NCBI GenBank assembly: GCA_044226015.1 | Contig: JBGAHS010000002.1 | Location: 947,435 to 1,011,434 of the forward strand | Length of the DNA stretch: 64,000 nt | Direction: 5' to 3' | Origin: Candidatus Obscuribacteraceae bacterium | GTDB lineage: Bacteria; Cyanobacteriota; Vampirovibrionia; Obscuribacterales; Obscuribacteraceae | Part shown: positions 9,866 to 20,843 of the stretch, in pieces | Layout: every line of letters starts with the position of its first letter | Position numbering within the stretch: the first letter of the stretch is position 1 | Position numbers and translations under genes: made by a program | Notes under the pieces: generated by a model | The model's database searches: none | Seen by the model: the letters and a program-made list of their open reading frames with translations, nothing else | Told to the model about the DNA's origin: nothing

Positions 9866-12800
9866 TATTGACTGTAATTACCTTTTCTAAGATTTAGCGA
9901 TGTGAGAATACAAGCATCTTTCACAATTTGCGAGTAATGCTTTTGGTCAGCCTTCTCCTTCGACTGGCGCAGAGCCTGCAAGGTTTTGTCATTTACAAGA
10001 GCTGCTGTGACAGAGAACTCGCTGCTGTGAATTCTCATTCCATTTGCAAGCGTCTGACTGCTGAGGTTACGGACTGCAACCCCTGTTGAGTGGCAAAAAT
10101 CAAGCGCCGGTCTCTGAGTCTGATTTGTCGCCACCGCCTGCCAACCAAGGTTTACTTCAATCGCATCGTTTCCGCTAATTAACCTCACGTCCCCAGGCTT
10201 TCTATCATGAAGCGTGCGCACAGCTGTGAATTCAGCGGAAGTCTCAACAATTACTTTAGCACCTGCCGCAATTTCGAGCGCACCGTGATTGGTTTTCAAT
10301 ACGACATTTTTGGATGGAGCAAGCAAGAGCGCGCCTGACTCCAATTCGAAATTAGAGCGTCCCTTTCCTGCTCGAATCGAGACCCCAGCCCTCGCCAATT
10401 TACTCTTCAAATCAGAGGTGAATACCGAATCTGATACCAGGTTTGCAACAGCAGTTTTTGCCACCGCAGCTCTGTATGACTCATTCAGCTCAGCCTCTGA
10501 TGGAACCACTTCAACAAAACTGATTCCTTTCAATTCGCTCTCTTCCGTCGAACCCTCAGCACCAGACATTGCAAGATTTGTGCCTGAAGCGAGTGGCAAC
10601 TCAAGTCCCCTGAAAGTAATGAATGTCTTGCTTCTCTTTTTCGCAAAAGGATTTTCCTCAGATTCACCTGGTGACCAGGGAACCAGAGACGTCAGGATTG
10701 TGCCGGGCTGACCAGCTTTGCCTTGTGGAGACACGGTGCCATCTTTGCCGGGCGTTAGACCAAGACCTTTCAACCCAGCTACGCCAAGCTGAAGTCCAGC
10801 TAAGCCCCCAAGACTTGTGGGTGGAGAGAAGGAATTTCCACCACTAATCGTGATGTCTCCACCATTTCCACCATTGCCGGACGGATTAACATTTCCGCCA
10901 TTTCCTCCGGTTCCTTTTATAGTTGGACTGGTTGATGCGTCGCCACCTTTTCCTGCGACACCAAGCTGGTCGCCACCTACACCACCATCGGCAGAAATGC
11001 TACCCGTTATCGTGATTGAACTACCCGCTGTGATACTTATGGCTTTAACAGAAGGCAAAAGTACAACCTTACCACCGGCATTACCTGCCCTATCTACTGT
11101 TCCACCGTCGCCACCATGGAGAGGATTGTTGCCACCATCACCTGCAATACCGAGATTATCGCCACCATTGCCACCAAGGACAGTGACACTTCCCGTAATG
11201 TTGATGTCCGAACCAGAATTCAAGACGATTCCCGGAACACCTGCAACGACGCCAGACGCACCTCCATCTCCGGCTCTGCCAATGCCACCACCGTTGCCAC
11301 CAGTAGAGTCTCTGCCACTGGAAGAAGCATCTCCGCCAGACCCGGCACTGCTAACCTGTGAACCACCATCACCTTGATTAGCAAGAACAGAACCAGAAAT
11401 TGTCATGTCGCCAGTCAGAGCCTTCAGCGTGACGGAACCGCCTTTGCCTCCGTCGCCAGCATTGAGCACATTGCCGCCAGCACCACCAGTGCTACCACTA
11501 TCTCCACCACTTCCAGCAACACCATAGTTGTCTCCGCCCTTGCCGCCATTGGCAGTTACACTTCCGCCAATAAGCAAATTATTCGAAGCTGATATTGTAA
11601 TAGAGCCACCAGGTCCTATCACAAAGCCAGCGCTGCCGGCGTTCCCCGCATTACCAACATTGCCTCCGCTGCCTCCTCCCCTCGCGTCTTCGCCAGTGTT
11701 AGATACTGCACCAGTTCCGCCTATGCCGTTCTGAGTGCCACCATTGCCCTGATTAATCGATACCGACCCTGTGATTGTTACGTCGCTATTTACAGATTCA
11801 ACCGAGATAGCACCAGCTCTTCCTCCATCACCTGCGTCGAGAACCTTACCTCCAGCGCCACCTGAGAGCCCTGTACCTCCACTACCACCAACCGCATAAT
11901 TATTGCCACCATCTGAACCTTCCGCGATCAGGCTACCTGTGACTGAGACAAGATTGTCGGATTTAATGCTGATAGTACCACCAGCGCCGCCATCAGCACC
12001 AGAACCGGCATTACCGCCCGAACCGCCCGCCTTCGTGCTGCTGCCACCATTACCGGAAATACCTTTATTATCTGCAACACCGCCGCCACTCGCACTTATG
12101 TTTTGACAGGTCAATTTAGAGGAACCAAGCCCAGCAAACGTGAACGAACCACCAGCCCCAGCGCTTCCATTACCGCTTGTGTCACCAGCTGCGCCACCAC
12201 TGGCCCCGCCAACGCCTCCATTTCCGCTCTTTCCTGCATATATGCCCAGCACGCTTCCACCGTTGAGATTTATATCAGCGTTTATGGTGGCGTCAAGCTT
12301 AGTGCTGATACTGATTGAGCCGCCACTGCCAGCCTTGCCGTTGCTTCCCACGAACCCACTACCACCACCAGCGCCACCAACTATCTTTCCAGCAGTTGGA
12401 GCACCAGTACCGCCGTCGGCGCTAGTTCCATTATAGGCACCGACAGAACCACCCGAGAAATTCCAGGACGATGTAGGGTTAGCAAGGAAAGTTCCATCAG
12501 TAGATATAGTGAGGGAACCGCCTGCACCCGCATCTCCATTCTTGCCGACAGCGCCGCTCTTTCCACCATCGCCATTTTGCGCAATTTGCGAACCGGGTGT
12601 CAAACTCTTGGCGTTCATGTTGCCGACACTGCCACCGTGAGCATCCACCGTAGTTGTGCTAACAGCTCCACTTATACTTGTGATGCGAACATTGCCGCCA
12701 CCACCACCCGCACCATTGTCGAACACAGAGCCACTTGCGCCACCGGCTCCGCTGAGAGAGCCGGCATCGCCGCCAGCACCACCGCTGCCATCAAAATCAC

Positions 12801-15800
12801 CGTTAATAGAGCCTCCACTCGCCAAAATGACCGTGAGCCCTATGTCGGACTTGGAAGAAATATCGATAGCGTACAAGCCAGGTTTGTTTAATGAGGAACC
12901 AGCATCGCCCCCACCACCTATATCTCCACCAACCCCTCCCGCTCCGTTTGCTTTGCCATCGCCACCATTGCCACCGATTTGCAATATACCGAAGGAATCA
13001 CCACCCCTGGCGAGTATTCCGCCTGCACCAGATATAGTGCTCTGCCCATCAAGGACAACACGACCGCTGTCACCGCCGTGACCTGCTTTCGCTACAGAAC
13101 CGCCAGCACCGCCTCCGCCACCTATCTTCGAGCCTAAGAGCGGCGACACTCCATTGCCACCATTGCCTCCAGTCTGATTTACCAAGCCACGCTGTCCGCC
13201 ATCAACCGACAACAAACCATCAATTAATATTTGATTTGCCTTGGAAGTCAATTTGATTAAGCCGCCCGCACCGCCACTTCCAGCAGAATCAATCTTTCCA
13301 CCGCTACCACCGCCGGCTATCTGAGAGACATTACTTCCACCATTTCCACCATTGCCAGCCACTCCAACGTAAGCACTGGCGTTTCCACCTGAGGCAAGTA
13401 TGAGTGGACTCGAGGCAGTAATCGATATGGATGCCGCACTAACTTCAAGATTTCCACCACGTCCGCCGTCTCCCTGAGCTCCTAATGAGCCACCAGTGCC
13501 ACCCGGCTTGGTGTTAGTACCGTTGCCTCCACTGCCAGTCAGAGTCGGCAAATAAGCACCACTATCGCCGCCATACACACTAACAAGCGGCAGTTGAACT
13601 GTGCCACCATCCATAGTGAAGACATATTTACCACCTTTACCACCGCCTCCGGCGTTTAAGATATCCCCACCTTTACCACCAGCGCTATCTCTGCTTGCAA
13701 GCCCGAGACTGTTACCACCGTTTCCGGACTTCCCTGTGACGTCACCGCCTCTGCCACCATAGGCGCGGAGACCTTCGTTTGCACCACAATCAAAAGTGAC
13801 AGGGCTAATTGACAAACTGTTGATTTCAACTGTTCCACCATTTCCACCCGAGCCCGAAGCCAGATGAAACGAACTATTAATATCGCCCAGAGCTCCGCCA
13901 TCACCAGCGGCACCGAGACCATAAACAGCGTTGCCACCATTACCGGCAACTCCCTTGTTGGAACCACCACTACCACCAATAGCATCAACAGTACGAACAA
14001 TTAAAGAAGGCCCTGCCTCTGCCGTAAGCTTGATGTAGTTCGCGTCTCCACCACTGCCGGCAGAACCAACGCTACCACCTTTTCCTCCATTTTTATCACC
14101 ATTTCCGCCATTACCAGCAATACTCGCCTGGTCGCTTCCGGCGCCACCATCCACGGTGTACAAAGATGAGCCCGGAATACTCTTTGCCGCATCAATTTTA
14201 ATGCTTCCACCAACGCCACCCTGAACAGCGTTACCTATAGTGCCGCCATTACCGCCGATTCCCCCTTTGCTTGAATCGCCAATTGCGTTACCACCGTTGC
14301 CGGTGTGCGCATTAAAAATCGTGGGACCGAGATAGGTTCCATCTTTGGTATAAATTCCGGTGGTACCACCGAAAGCAAAAATTTGCGCTGGAGTAATGTC
14401 ACCGTTGGTAGATGTAATCGACACATCGCCACCATTGCCCGCAATACCTTCATGATCAATATCGCCAGCATTTCCGCCTTTGATGGTTCCATTACCACCA
14501 TTTCCAGTAATTGGAGCATAATTTTGCGAAGCCGCATTACCGCCGTATGCCGCGATTACCTCTCCACCGGTAAAATCGCCTCCACTCGTGATAGATAGAG
14601 TGCCACCTAGACCACCCTTGCCGCCTTTACCGATGCTTCCACTGTCGCCTCCTACACCATTTACGGTACTACCACCGTTGCCGGTACGCGACAGATTTCC
14701 ATTGGCGACTCCTCCACGAAGAATGATAACGCCTACATTAGATGCCGTTCCTGTGTCGGTGCTCAAACTGACTGAGCCAGCGTCGCCACCATTTCCGGTA
14801 AACGATCTATCCGCATTTATTGCTATGGAACCACTCTTACCACCATCGCCCTTCACGGAGACTGAGCCACCGTTACCGGTACTAGCCGAGTACAAGCCTC
14901 CATCACCGCCCGTAGCTATAACGCTTCCTTTAGGTGTGAATATATTTCCAGATTTACTTATGGCGATGACAGTGCCACCTACGCCGCCCTCACCACTGCT
15001 GCCGATATCGCCGCTGTTCCCTCCGTTACCAGTACTAGCGTCACCGCCCTTGCCGGTAGTTGGAGACGCAGCGCCGACCGCTCCACCCGCGACAAGCCAG
15101 GTTGCAGAGGTGTTGCCAGATATACCTATTTGACCAGAATCACTGCCAAGCAAGATATATCCACCCTTGCCAGCATTTCCGTTATTTTCAATAAGACCGC
15201 TGTTTCCGCCCCGTCCCGAAGTGCTTCCCCCTCTGCCACCATCACCGGTGACAGGATTCCAACCTTGTTCTACGTCTCCTCCAGGAGCTATTAGAGGAAC
15301 CAACAAGATTTTTCCGCTGCTCGTGCCAATGCTTATTATCCCACCGTTACCAGCATTTCCATTGCCACGGATTATGCCGCTGTTACCACCAACACCAATA
15401 ACATTGCCACTACCGCCCGCGCCAGAATGCGGTGATGCAGCCGAAACATGCCCCCCGGCAACTGCCAATGTGCCAAAGCCGCTAATGTCACCGGTTCCGC
15501 CCAATATGGTGATCGATCCTCCTTTGCCCGCATTGCCGTTGGAAAGAATCTCGCCTCCATTGCCACCCCTTGTGTTGGCGTTGCCCTTAGCACCAGCATT
15601 TCCGCCCGAGCCGCTACTAGCAAGATTGAAGAAAACATCACCACCACGCGCTCCGATTAAGTCTTGCTCTCCGGTGGTGCTGGAGGTGAAAGCGTTTGAG
15701 ACGCTTATTTGAACGAAGCCACCAGCGCCGCCGGAACCGCCATGCCCTACCATGCCTCCGTTGCCACCGTTACCGCTGCCACCGCCGTCTCCGCCGTTTC

Positions 15801-18800
15801 CAGAGCGTCCAAGAGTCAAATTGAATCCGAGGGCGCGGCCGCCATCGGCATATATGTGTCCTTTGTTGGTGAGATTGGCAACGAAATCAGTGGCAGTGAT
15901 GAGAACCTGGCCACCTTGCCCTCCGGTACCCTGGTCACCAAGCCTGCCTCCGGCACCGCCGCTTCCATTGCTGGCATTGCCACCGTTTCCGCCAAAAGCA
16001 TTGTAGGCTCCTGCAAAACCGCCGTTTGCGTCGATTTGAGACGTATCACTCAACGTAATAGTTGCAGTTCCCAGCTGTGATGTCGAAATCTCTATGCCCC
16101 CGAAACCAGTGGCACCACCACCGGCACCACCAGCCCCACTGTTGCCGACTGCACCTCCGGCTCCACCGCTGAGCCCCGAACCACCAACGCCTCCACTGGC
16201 AAACTGAGCACCACCATCTCCACCATTTGCGTTAATAAGACCCGGAATGATATTCGCCACTCCGGTAATTTTGATGTCACCACCGGCGCCGCCCTTTCCG
16301 GCATCAAGGACGGCACCCCCAGCGCCTCCGGCAGCAGTGCTACCCTTGCCACCATCGCCAGCTTTTGCGAACAAACTGCCGCCCGAACCGCCACCAGCTG
16401 AAAGCGCAGGCAGTGTGATGTCACCTTGCTGAGAACTTATGGTGATAGATCCACCATTGCCACCATCGCCTGATGCGCCGACCTGACCACCCTTGCCACC
16501 TGCAGCACCGTCACCACCTATGCCAGCATTTGCAACGAGCGATTTTCCGACTGAGCCGACTGAGCCACCAATGCCACCCAGAGCGGAGAGCGGCTCTGAA
16601 AGTGTGATGCTTGAGTCCGTAGTCAGCTTTATCTGCCCACCTTTGCCTCCGGCTCCAGCTCCAAGTATTGAGCCGCCGGCACCGCCCTGCTTAGAGCCAG
16701 CAGCACCCGCGCCAGCATCCGCCAGAATGCTTCCTCCCGAACCGCCATTAACTTTTACCTCGACCCCAGCACTGATGGCTGCCAGTCCGGTAACCGCGGT
16801 TAGCTTGCCACCACCGCCTCCCTTGCCAGCGGGACTGATGTCACCGCCCGCACCACCCATTGTCGTCCCTGCACCACCTGCGCCAGAGCCGACGAGAATG
16901 TCGCCGCCAGAACCAGCACTCATATCCATAGAACCTAAAAGAGTGATAGTCCCCAATTTAGAGTTCAAAGTGACGGTACCACCATCACCGCCATCACCAG
17001 ACCCCATCACAATGCCGCCAGAACCGCCATTAGCACCGCTTCCACCTGCACCGCTCTTTTCAGGGCTAGCACCAGCACCACCTTTTGCATTGATTGTGTC
17101 AATCAATATGTTGCCCAAGATTGTCGTAACACTAATGGAACCGCCCGCAGAGCCATCAGAGGGCGTACCACTATTGCCGCCTTTGCCGCCAGTCGATTTT
17201 CCTGGACCACCATCTGCTCCGGCTCCACCCGCTACGCCAGCTCCACCACTGACATCTAAACCAAAGAGGATAACGTCACCAACCTTTGAACTTACAGTAA
17301 TCTTCCCGCCTGTTTGAGAAGCACCGCCTGCGCCACCACTACCCCCGATGCCTCCAGCGCTTGCAAGAACGCCGCCAACTCCGGCAGCACCACCTACGCC
17401 ACCAACACCACCAGTTCCGCCTTTGACACTTATCACGGTGAATGGCAGCTGTGTTAAAGCGGAAGTATCAACAGTCAAGTTAACCGAACCTGCGCGACCA
17501 CCTGCGCCACCTGCACCTCCGATGCCACCACCTTTACCAGATCCACTTCCGGCACCGCCCGCTCCACCGGCGCCTCCTGTGCCACCATCAGAGAGAATGC
17601 TTGCAGCAAGAGTAATTCCAATAGGTGCTGTTAAATCAACTTTGCCGCCACTACCGCCACCCTGCCCGGCTTTGCCATCGGCACCACCGACACCTGCTGC
17701 TCCAGCTGTTCCTGCAGCGCCAGAAGCCAGTATCGACGACAACACATTTATTGTGTTTCCTTTTATTGTTATGTCGCCACCATTGTGTCCGCCAGAAAAG
17801 CCAGCAGAAATCAGTTCAGCCTGAACGTCAACCTTTCCACCGCTTATTAGAGTTATAGAGCCACTCTCGATAGCAATTTGCTTATTGATTGAGATATCAA
17901 AATTATTCGGTATAGTCGAATATTGAACCAGTCCCTTTCCCGTGCCAGTGCTGTCGAAAGACATAGCAACAATCGGCTTAGCTGCCACCAACTGAACTGA
18001 GCCAGCAGTGGCACTGTTACCCCCGACAGAAAAGACGCTGATGTTATCAAAGGCTTTGCTCGTCGAAGGCAAGGAGCCGCCCGCTACAGCCAGCAATGAG
18101 CCATTTTTTCCAGTCCCCGAGCCACCCGACAGCACAGACAAATTGCCTATACCGCCGTTAGATCCATTAGCATAGGCGATAAGCAGGACATTGCCACCAT
18201 CCTGATTTAAACCGGTAGAACTTGAGTTCAATACAGCACCGGAGAGATCAATATTACCCCCCTTGGCTGATGCTCCCTGCACTGTCACTGTTTGTCCTGA
18301 CAAAATGCTGCCACTCAGCGGAGGAATCGCTGATACAGCAACGGCACCGCCCGTTGCAAGAAGCGAAGCACCTGCTATCAAACTGATATCGTGACCCTGT
18401 TTCGTCGTCTTGTCTTGAGCTGTGATGCTTATATTTGGAGACGCTGTGATATCACCACTAGCTAATATCGCCAGATTTTCATCAACCTGAATGTTCGAAG
18501 TTATCTGTATATTTCCATTATCGTTGAAAAATGTAGGGTCTTTAACGTCGATAGCACCCAAATACAAAGTGTCTGAATTTGAACCGATGTGAGCTGCATA
18601 ACCGGTTACATTCGTCACACCATTGGCGGTGTCAATGAAACTTCGGATCTCACCAAGTCCGGAATTATAATTTATTTGAGGAGCATTAATTGAGCCTCCG
18701 AGCAGCGATAACACAGAATGTGCTTTCAAGCCGCTGCCGCCAACGTTAACTGCACCATTCAATGCTTCAATAGTTCCACCACTATTATTGATGTTTACGA

Positions 18801-19506
18801 ATTTCGGCAAGGAACTTGCAAGGTTCAGCCCCAATTGCTGCACAGAGGTTGTGTAGAGTGATGGGTTTGCAAGATTTACGGCCCCGTTTATTGATGAGAT
18901 CAATCCAGAATTGGCCACTGCACGCGACAGAACATTCACATTATTGGCTGCTTGCAAACTTGCCAAAACGGAAGAACCAGCGACGCTAGTGTTGCTTATG
19001 CTGCCACCTGCAACGAGACTCAAGCTGTTGGCACTGCGGATTGTGCCCTGATTGACGATGTTTTGCAGAGCTACAAGAGTCAAACTCAGATTTGGAATAG
19101 CATTCGAAAAACCGGCAAGACCGCTTTGAGGAAGCACTGTGGTTATCAATGCACCTGGCGCGTTGAAGATGTTTCTGGCAATAAGTGTGGCAGTCGTCGT
19201 TAAAGGGTTTGTTGAAACGACATAAATGGTGCCGAGATTTGAGAGGTTACCATTCATCTTGTGAATAGGACCATTGCTCACATCGATAACGAATGTGCTG
19301 CCAATCGGAATATTCATACTAGACCCGGTTGTGGAAGCCTTAGAGCCTGGTCTTAGTGTTGAAGAAGACAAAAGATTTGTCGTTGGAACAATTGGGTCAG
19401 CCACCGCATTCGGTGCAAATACTAAAGAGGAAACTTGAGAAAGACTTACAAAAATGACACACGCAGATGCAGCCGAAGCCACCGGCTTTGTTGAGCCCTT
19501 GTTCAT
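9862..19506 (-). CDS. Giant (3214 aa) glycine-rich repeat exoprotein / putative adhesin
   Basis: Signal-peptide-like N-terminus ending AVA-D; haemagglutinin-like beta-rich N-region; about 2300 aa of alternating GGxGGxG tracts and short beta-strand motifs; globular C-terminal domain. Confidence 0.85.
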   Translation of the reverse strand: MNKGSTKPVASAASACVIFVSLSQVSSLVFAPNAVADPIVPTTNLLSSSTLRPGSKASTTGSSMNIPIGSTFVIDVSNGPIHKMNGNLSNLGTIYVVSTNPLTTTATLIARNIFNAPGALITTVLPQSGLAGFSNAIPNLSLTLVALQNIVNQGTIRSANSLSLVAGGSISNTSVAGSSVLASLQAANNVNVLSRAVANSGLISSINGAVNLANPSLYTTSVQQLGLNLASSLPKFVNINNSGGTIEALNGAVNVGGSGLKAHSVLSLLGGSINAPQINYNSGLGEIRSFIDTANGVTNVTGYAAHIGSNSDTLYLGAIDVKDPTFFNDNGNIQITSNIQVDENLAILASGDITASPNISITAQDKTTKQGHDISLIAGASLLATGGAVAVSAIPPLSGSILSGQTVTVQGASAKGGNIDLSGAVLNSSSTGLNQDGGNVLLIAYANGSNGGIGNLSVLSGGSGTGKNGSLLAVAGGSLPSTSKAFDNISVFSVGGNSATAGSVQLVAAKPIVAMSFDSTGTGKGLVQYSTIPNNFDISINKQIAIESGSITLISGGKVDVQAELISAGFSGGHNGGDITIKGNTINVLSSILASGAAGTAGAAGVGGADGKAGQGGGSGGKVDLTAPIGITLAASILSDGGTGGAGGAGGAGSGSGKGGGIGGAGGAGGRAGSVNLTVDTSALTQLPFTVISVKGGTGGVGGVGGAAGVGGVLASAGGIGGSGGAGGASQTGGKITVSSKVGDVILFGLDVSGGAGVAGGAGADGGPGKSTGGKGGNSGTPSDGSAGGSISVTTILGNILIDTINAKGGAGASPEKSGAGGSGANGGSGGIVMGSGDGGDGGTVTLNSKLGTITLLGSMDMSAGSGGDILVGSGAGGAGTTMGGAGGDISPAGKGGGGGKLTAVTGLAAISAGVEVKVNGGSGGSILADAGAGAAGSKQGGAGGSILGAGAGGKGGQIKLTTDSSITLSEPLSALGGIGGSVGSVGKSLVANAGIGGDGAAGGKGGQVGASGDGGNGGSITISSQQGDITLPALSAGGGSGGSLFAKAGDGGKGSTAAGGAGGAVLDAGKGGAGGDIKITGVANIIPGLINANGGDGGAQFASGGVGGSGLSGGAGGAVGNSGAGGAGGGATGFGGIEISTSQLGTATITLSDTSQIDANGGFAGAYNAFGGNGGNASNGSGGAGGRLGDQGTGGQGGQVLITATDFVANLTNKGHIYADGGRALGFNLTLGRSGNGGDGGGSGNGGNGGMVGHGGSGGAGGFVQISVSNAFTSSTTGEQDLIGARGGDVFFNLASSGSGGNAGAKGNANTRGGNGGEILSNGNAGKGGSITILGGTGDISGFGTLAVAGGHVSAASPHSGAGGSGNVIGVGGNSGIIRGNGNAGNGGIISIGTSSGKILLVPLIAPGGDVEQGWNPVTGDGGRGGSTSGRGGNSGLIENNGNAGKGGYILLGSDSGQIGISGNTSATWLVAGGAVGAASPTTGKGGDASTGNGGNSGDIGSSGEGGVGGTVIAISKSGNIFTPKGSVIATGGDGGLYSASTGNGGSVSVKGDGGKSGSIAINADRSFTGNGGDAGSVSLSTDTGTASNVGVIILRGGVANGNLSRTGNGGSTVNGVGGDSGSIGKGGKGGLGGTLSITSGGDFTGGEVIAAYGGNAASQNYAPITGNGGNGTIKGGNAGDIDHEGIAGNGGDVSITSTNGDITPAQIFAFGGTTGIYTKDGTYLGPTIFNAHTGNGGNAIGDSSKGGIGGNGGTIGNAVQGGVGGSIKIDAAKSIPGSSLYTVDGGAGSDQASIAGNGGNGDKNGGKGGSVGSAGSGGDANYIKLTAEAGPSLIVRTVDAIGGSGGSNKGVAGNGGNAVYGLGAAGDGGALGDINSSFHLASGSGGNGGTVEINSLSISPVTFDCGANEGLRAYGGRGGDVTGKSGNGGNSLGLASRDSAGGKGGDILNAGGGGKGGKYVFTMDGGTVQLPLVSVYGGDSGAYLPTLTGSGGNGTNTKPGGTGGSLGAQGDGGRGGNLEVSAASISITASSPLILASGGNASAYVGVAGNGGNGGSNVSQIAGGGSGGKIDSAGSGGAGGLIKLTSKANQILIDGLLSVDGGQRGLVNQTGGNGGNGVSPLLGSKIGGGGGAGGSVAKAGHGGDSGRVVLDGQSTISGAGGILARGGDSFGILQIGGNGGDGKANGAGGVGGDIGGGGDAGSSLNKPGLYAIDISSKSDIGLTVILASGGSINGDFDGSGGAGGDAGSLSGAGGASGSVFDNGAGGGGGNVRITSISGAVSTTTVDAHGGSVGNMNAKSLTPGSQIAQNGDGGKSGAVGKNGDAGAGGSLTISTDGTFLANPTSSWNFSGGSVGAYNGTSADGGTGAPTAGKIVGGAGGGSGFVGSNGKAGSGGSISISTKLDATINADINLNGGSVLGIYAGKSGNGGVGGASGGAAGDTSGNGSAGAGGSFTFAGLGSSKLTCQNISASGGGVADNKGISGNGGSSTKAGGSGGNAGSGADGGAGGTISIKSDNLVSVTGSLIAEGSDGGNNYAVGGSGGTGLSGGAGGKVLDAGDGGRAGAISVESVNSDVTITGSVSINQGNGGTQNGIGGTGAVSNTGEDARGGGSGGNVGNAGNAGSAGFVIGPGGSITISASNNLLIGGSVTANGGKGGDNYGVAGSGGDSGSTGGAGGNVLNAGDGGKGGSVTLKALTGDMTISGSVLANQGDGGSQVSSAGSGGDASSSGRDSTGGNGGGIGRAGDGGASGVVAGVPGIVLNSGSDINITGSVTVLGGNGGDNLGIAGDGGNNPLHGGDGGTVDRAGNAGGKVVLLPSVKAISITAGSSITITGSISADGGVGGDQLGVAGKGGDASTSPTIKGTGGNGGNVNPSGNGGNGGDITISGGNSFSPPTSLGGLAGLQLGVAGLKGLGLTPGKDGTVSPQGKAGQPGTILTSLVPWSPGESEENPFAKKRSKTFITFRGLELPLASGTNLAMSGAEGSTEESELKGISFVEVVPSEAELNESYRAAVAKTAVANLVSDSVFTSDLKSKLARAGVSIRAGKGRSNFELESGALLLAPSKNVVLKTNHGALEIAAGAKVIVETSAEFTAVRTLHDRKPGDVRLISGNDAIEVNLGWQAVATNQTQRPALDFCHSTGVAVRNLSSQTLANGMRIHSSEFSVTAALVNDKTLQALRQSKEKADQKHYSQIVKDACILTSLNLRKGNYSQY

Positions 19507-20244
19507 TTTTATGCCCCCGAAAGATGGTTTGGTATTTTTTGACCCTTTATTCAGTATACAGAGGGGTATTCAAAGAGCATATACATTTCTATGCCTCTCG
19601 ACCGGAAATGTTGGCTAGCAACAAAGTGCTACCGATGCAGACTAGCCAGACACGAATTTAAAAGATATCTCAGCTAAGAACAGAGTCCTTGTCACATCAT
19701 TACTCTGGCGAAATAGATGCCCAAACCAGGTAAATGAAGTGCTCTCAGGAGAGACAGAAGTTGTCAACACAAGAATTCCCGGTTGTCGCAAAATTTGCGA
19801 CTGAGCACAGCGAGCTTGCAAAGTAGAAGCCCTCTCGCTCTGTTTTGCAGGATCAAGCGGAGAGGGCTTTATTTGGTAGACCTGAACTACAAACCGACTA
19901 ATCCAGAGAACGATCACCGGTAGGATAAAATGTCGGCTCGTAAGAGCTGCGTTCATCAAGATGCAGCCTGATACCATCTGCAGTATCACCATTAAGTTCC
20001 AGGTCTGGACCAAATTCAACCACTTCGTCCGCACCGCTAACTCCAACTCCCGCAGCAATTCGCGAACGAGAACCCAGCGCGACTTCAGCACCAGCTCTAA
20101 CGCCAGCGGCGTCTTCAATTCCCTGATTGCCGCGCAGTTAGCTTCGTCGTAAACAACAAATAAACAAGTCCTTACTATATTGAAATCATACAACTACTCA
20201 AATGTGCCATGAGACTCACTCATCAATTGGCAAAGTGATGCAAT

Positions 20245-20721
20245 ATGGAAAGGAACAGAACAAAACTGGTCTACCTCGCTCTTCTACTCGCTCTATTTAC
20301 GTTAGCACCAGCTGCAGAAGCACAGATTTCAACAGAGAATAACAGAAATACAGCGAGTTCAGAGACAAATTTAGAAGCACCCTCCGATGATAACGCCTCG
20401 AAATGGCGATCAACAGTCCCTGACGGCAGCAAAGGCTTGATGCGAAGCAATGCAACACAACAAATTGCATACGCTACACGTCCAGAAATTCAAGAAGCAG
20501 CTTCGAGCATTCTTCGCATGGTTTCGGAAATTTCCAGACGAGGGGAGATAGTCGTCGTAAAGGTTCCAGCGTACAACTTCCTCGGCGTACTGCAGGAAAT
20601 GCAAAACAGAAAGGCACGTTTTCTCATGCCGAACAGCAAGATACCAGCCTACGCTAGAGCAGTTTTCCGACTTGAGTCCGAACAAGCAGGACTGAGTCAA
20701 TTAGTTTACTTGCCAAACTGA
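20245..20721 (+). CDS. Hypothetical secreted protein
   Basis: Sec signal peptide (LVYLALLLALFTLAPAAEA-Q), 158 aa. Confidence 0.75.
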   Translation: MERNRTKLVYLALLLALFTLAPAAEAQISTENNRNTASSETNLEAPSDDNASKWRSTVPDGSKGLMRSNATQQIAYATRPEIQEAASSILRMVSEISRRGEIVVVKVPAYNFLGVLQEMQNRKARFLMPNSKIPAYARAVFRLESEQAGLSQLVYLPN

Positions 20722-20843
20722 AGTCTCTTCCAGCGCTGTCGTTCAAGGCGGCGCTAACTTCAGTTTACCTGTAAACAACATATAAACAACACAAGTCTAA
20801 ATTACTAAACATAAGCCACAGCGCACCTACAAGGATTAGAGCA

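Noticed and set aside
10289..17858. Many Pro-rich plus-strand ORFs
   Set aside because: Antisense shadows of GGN glycine codons in the giant gene
19642..20193. 183-aa minus-strand ORF as a real gene
   Set aside because: No RBS, no recognisable motif, atypical composition; kept only as an unexplained region
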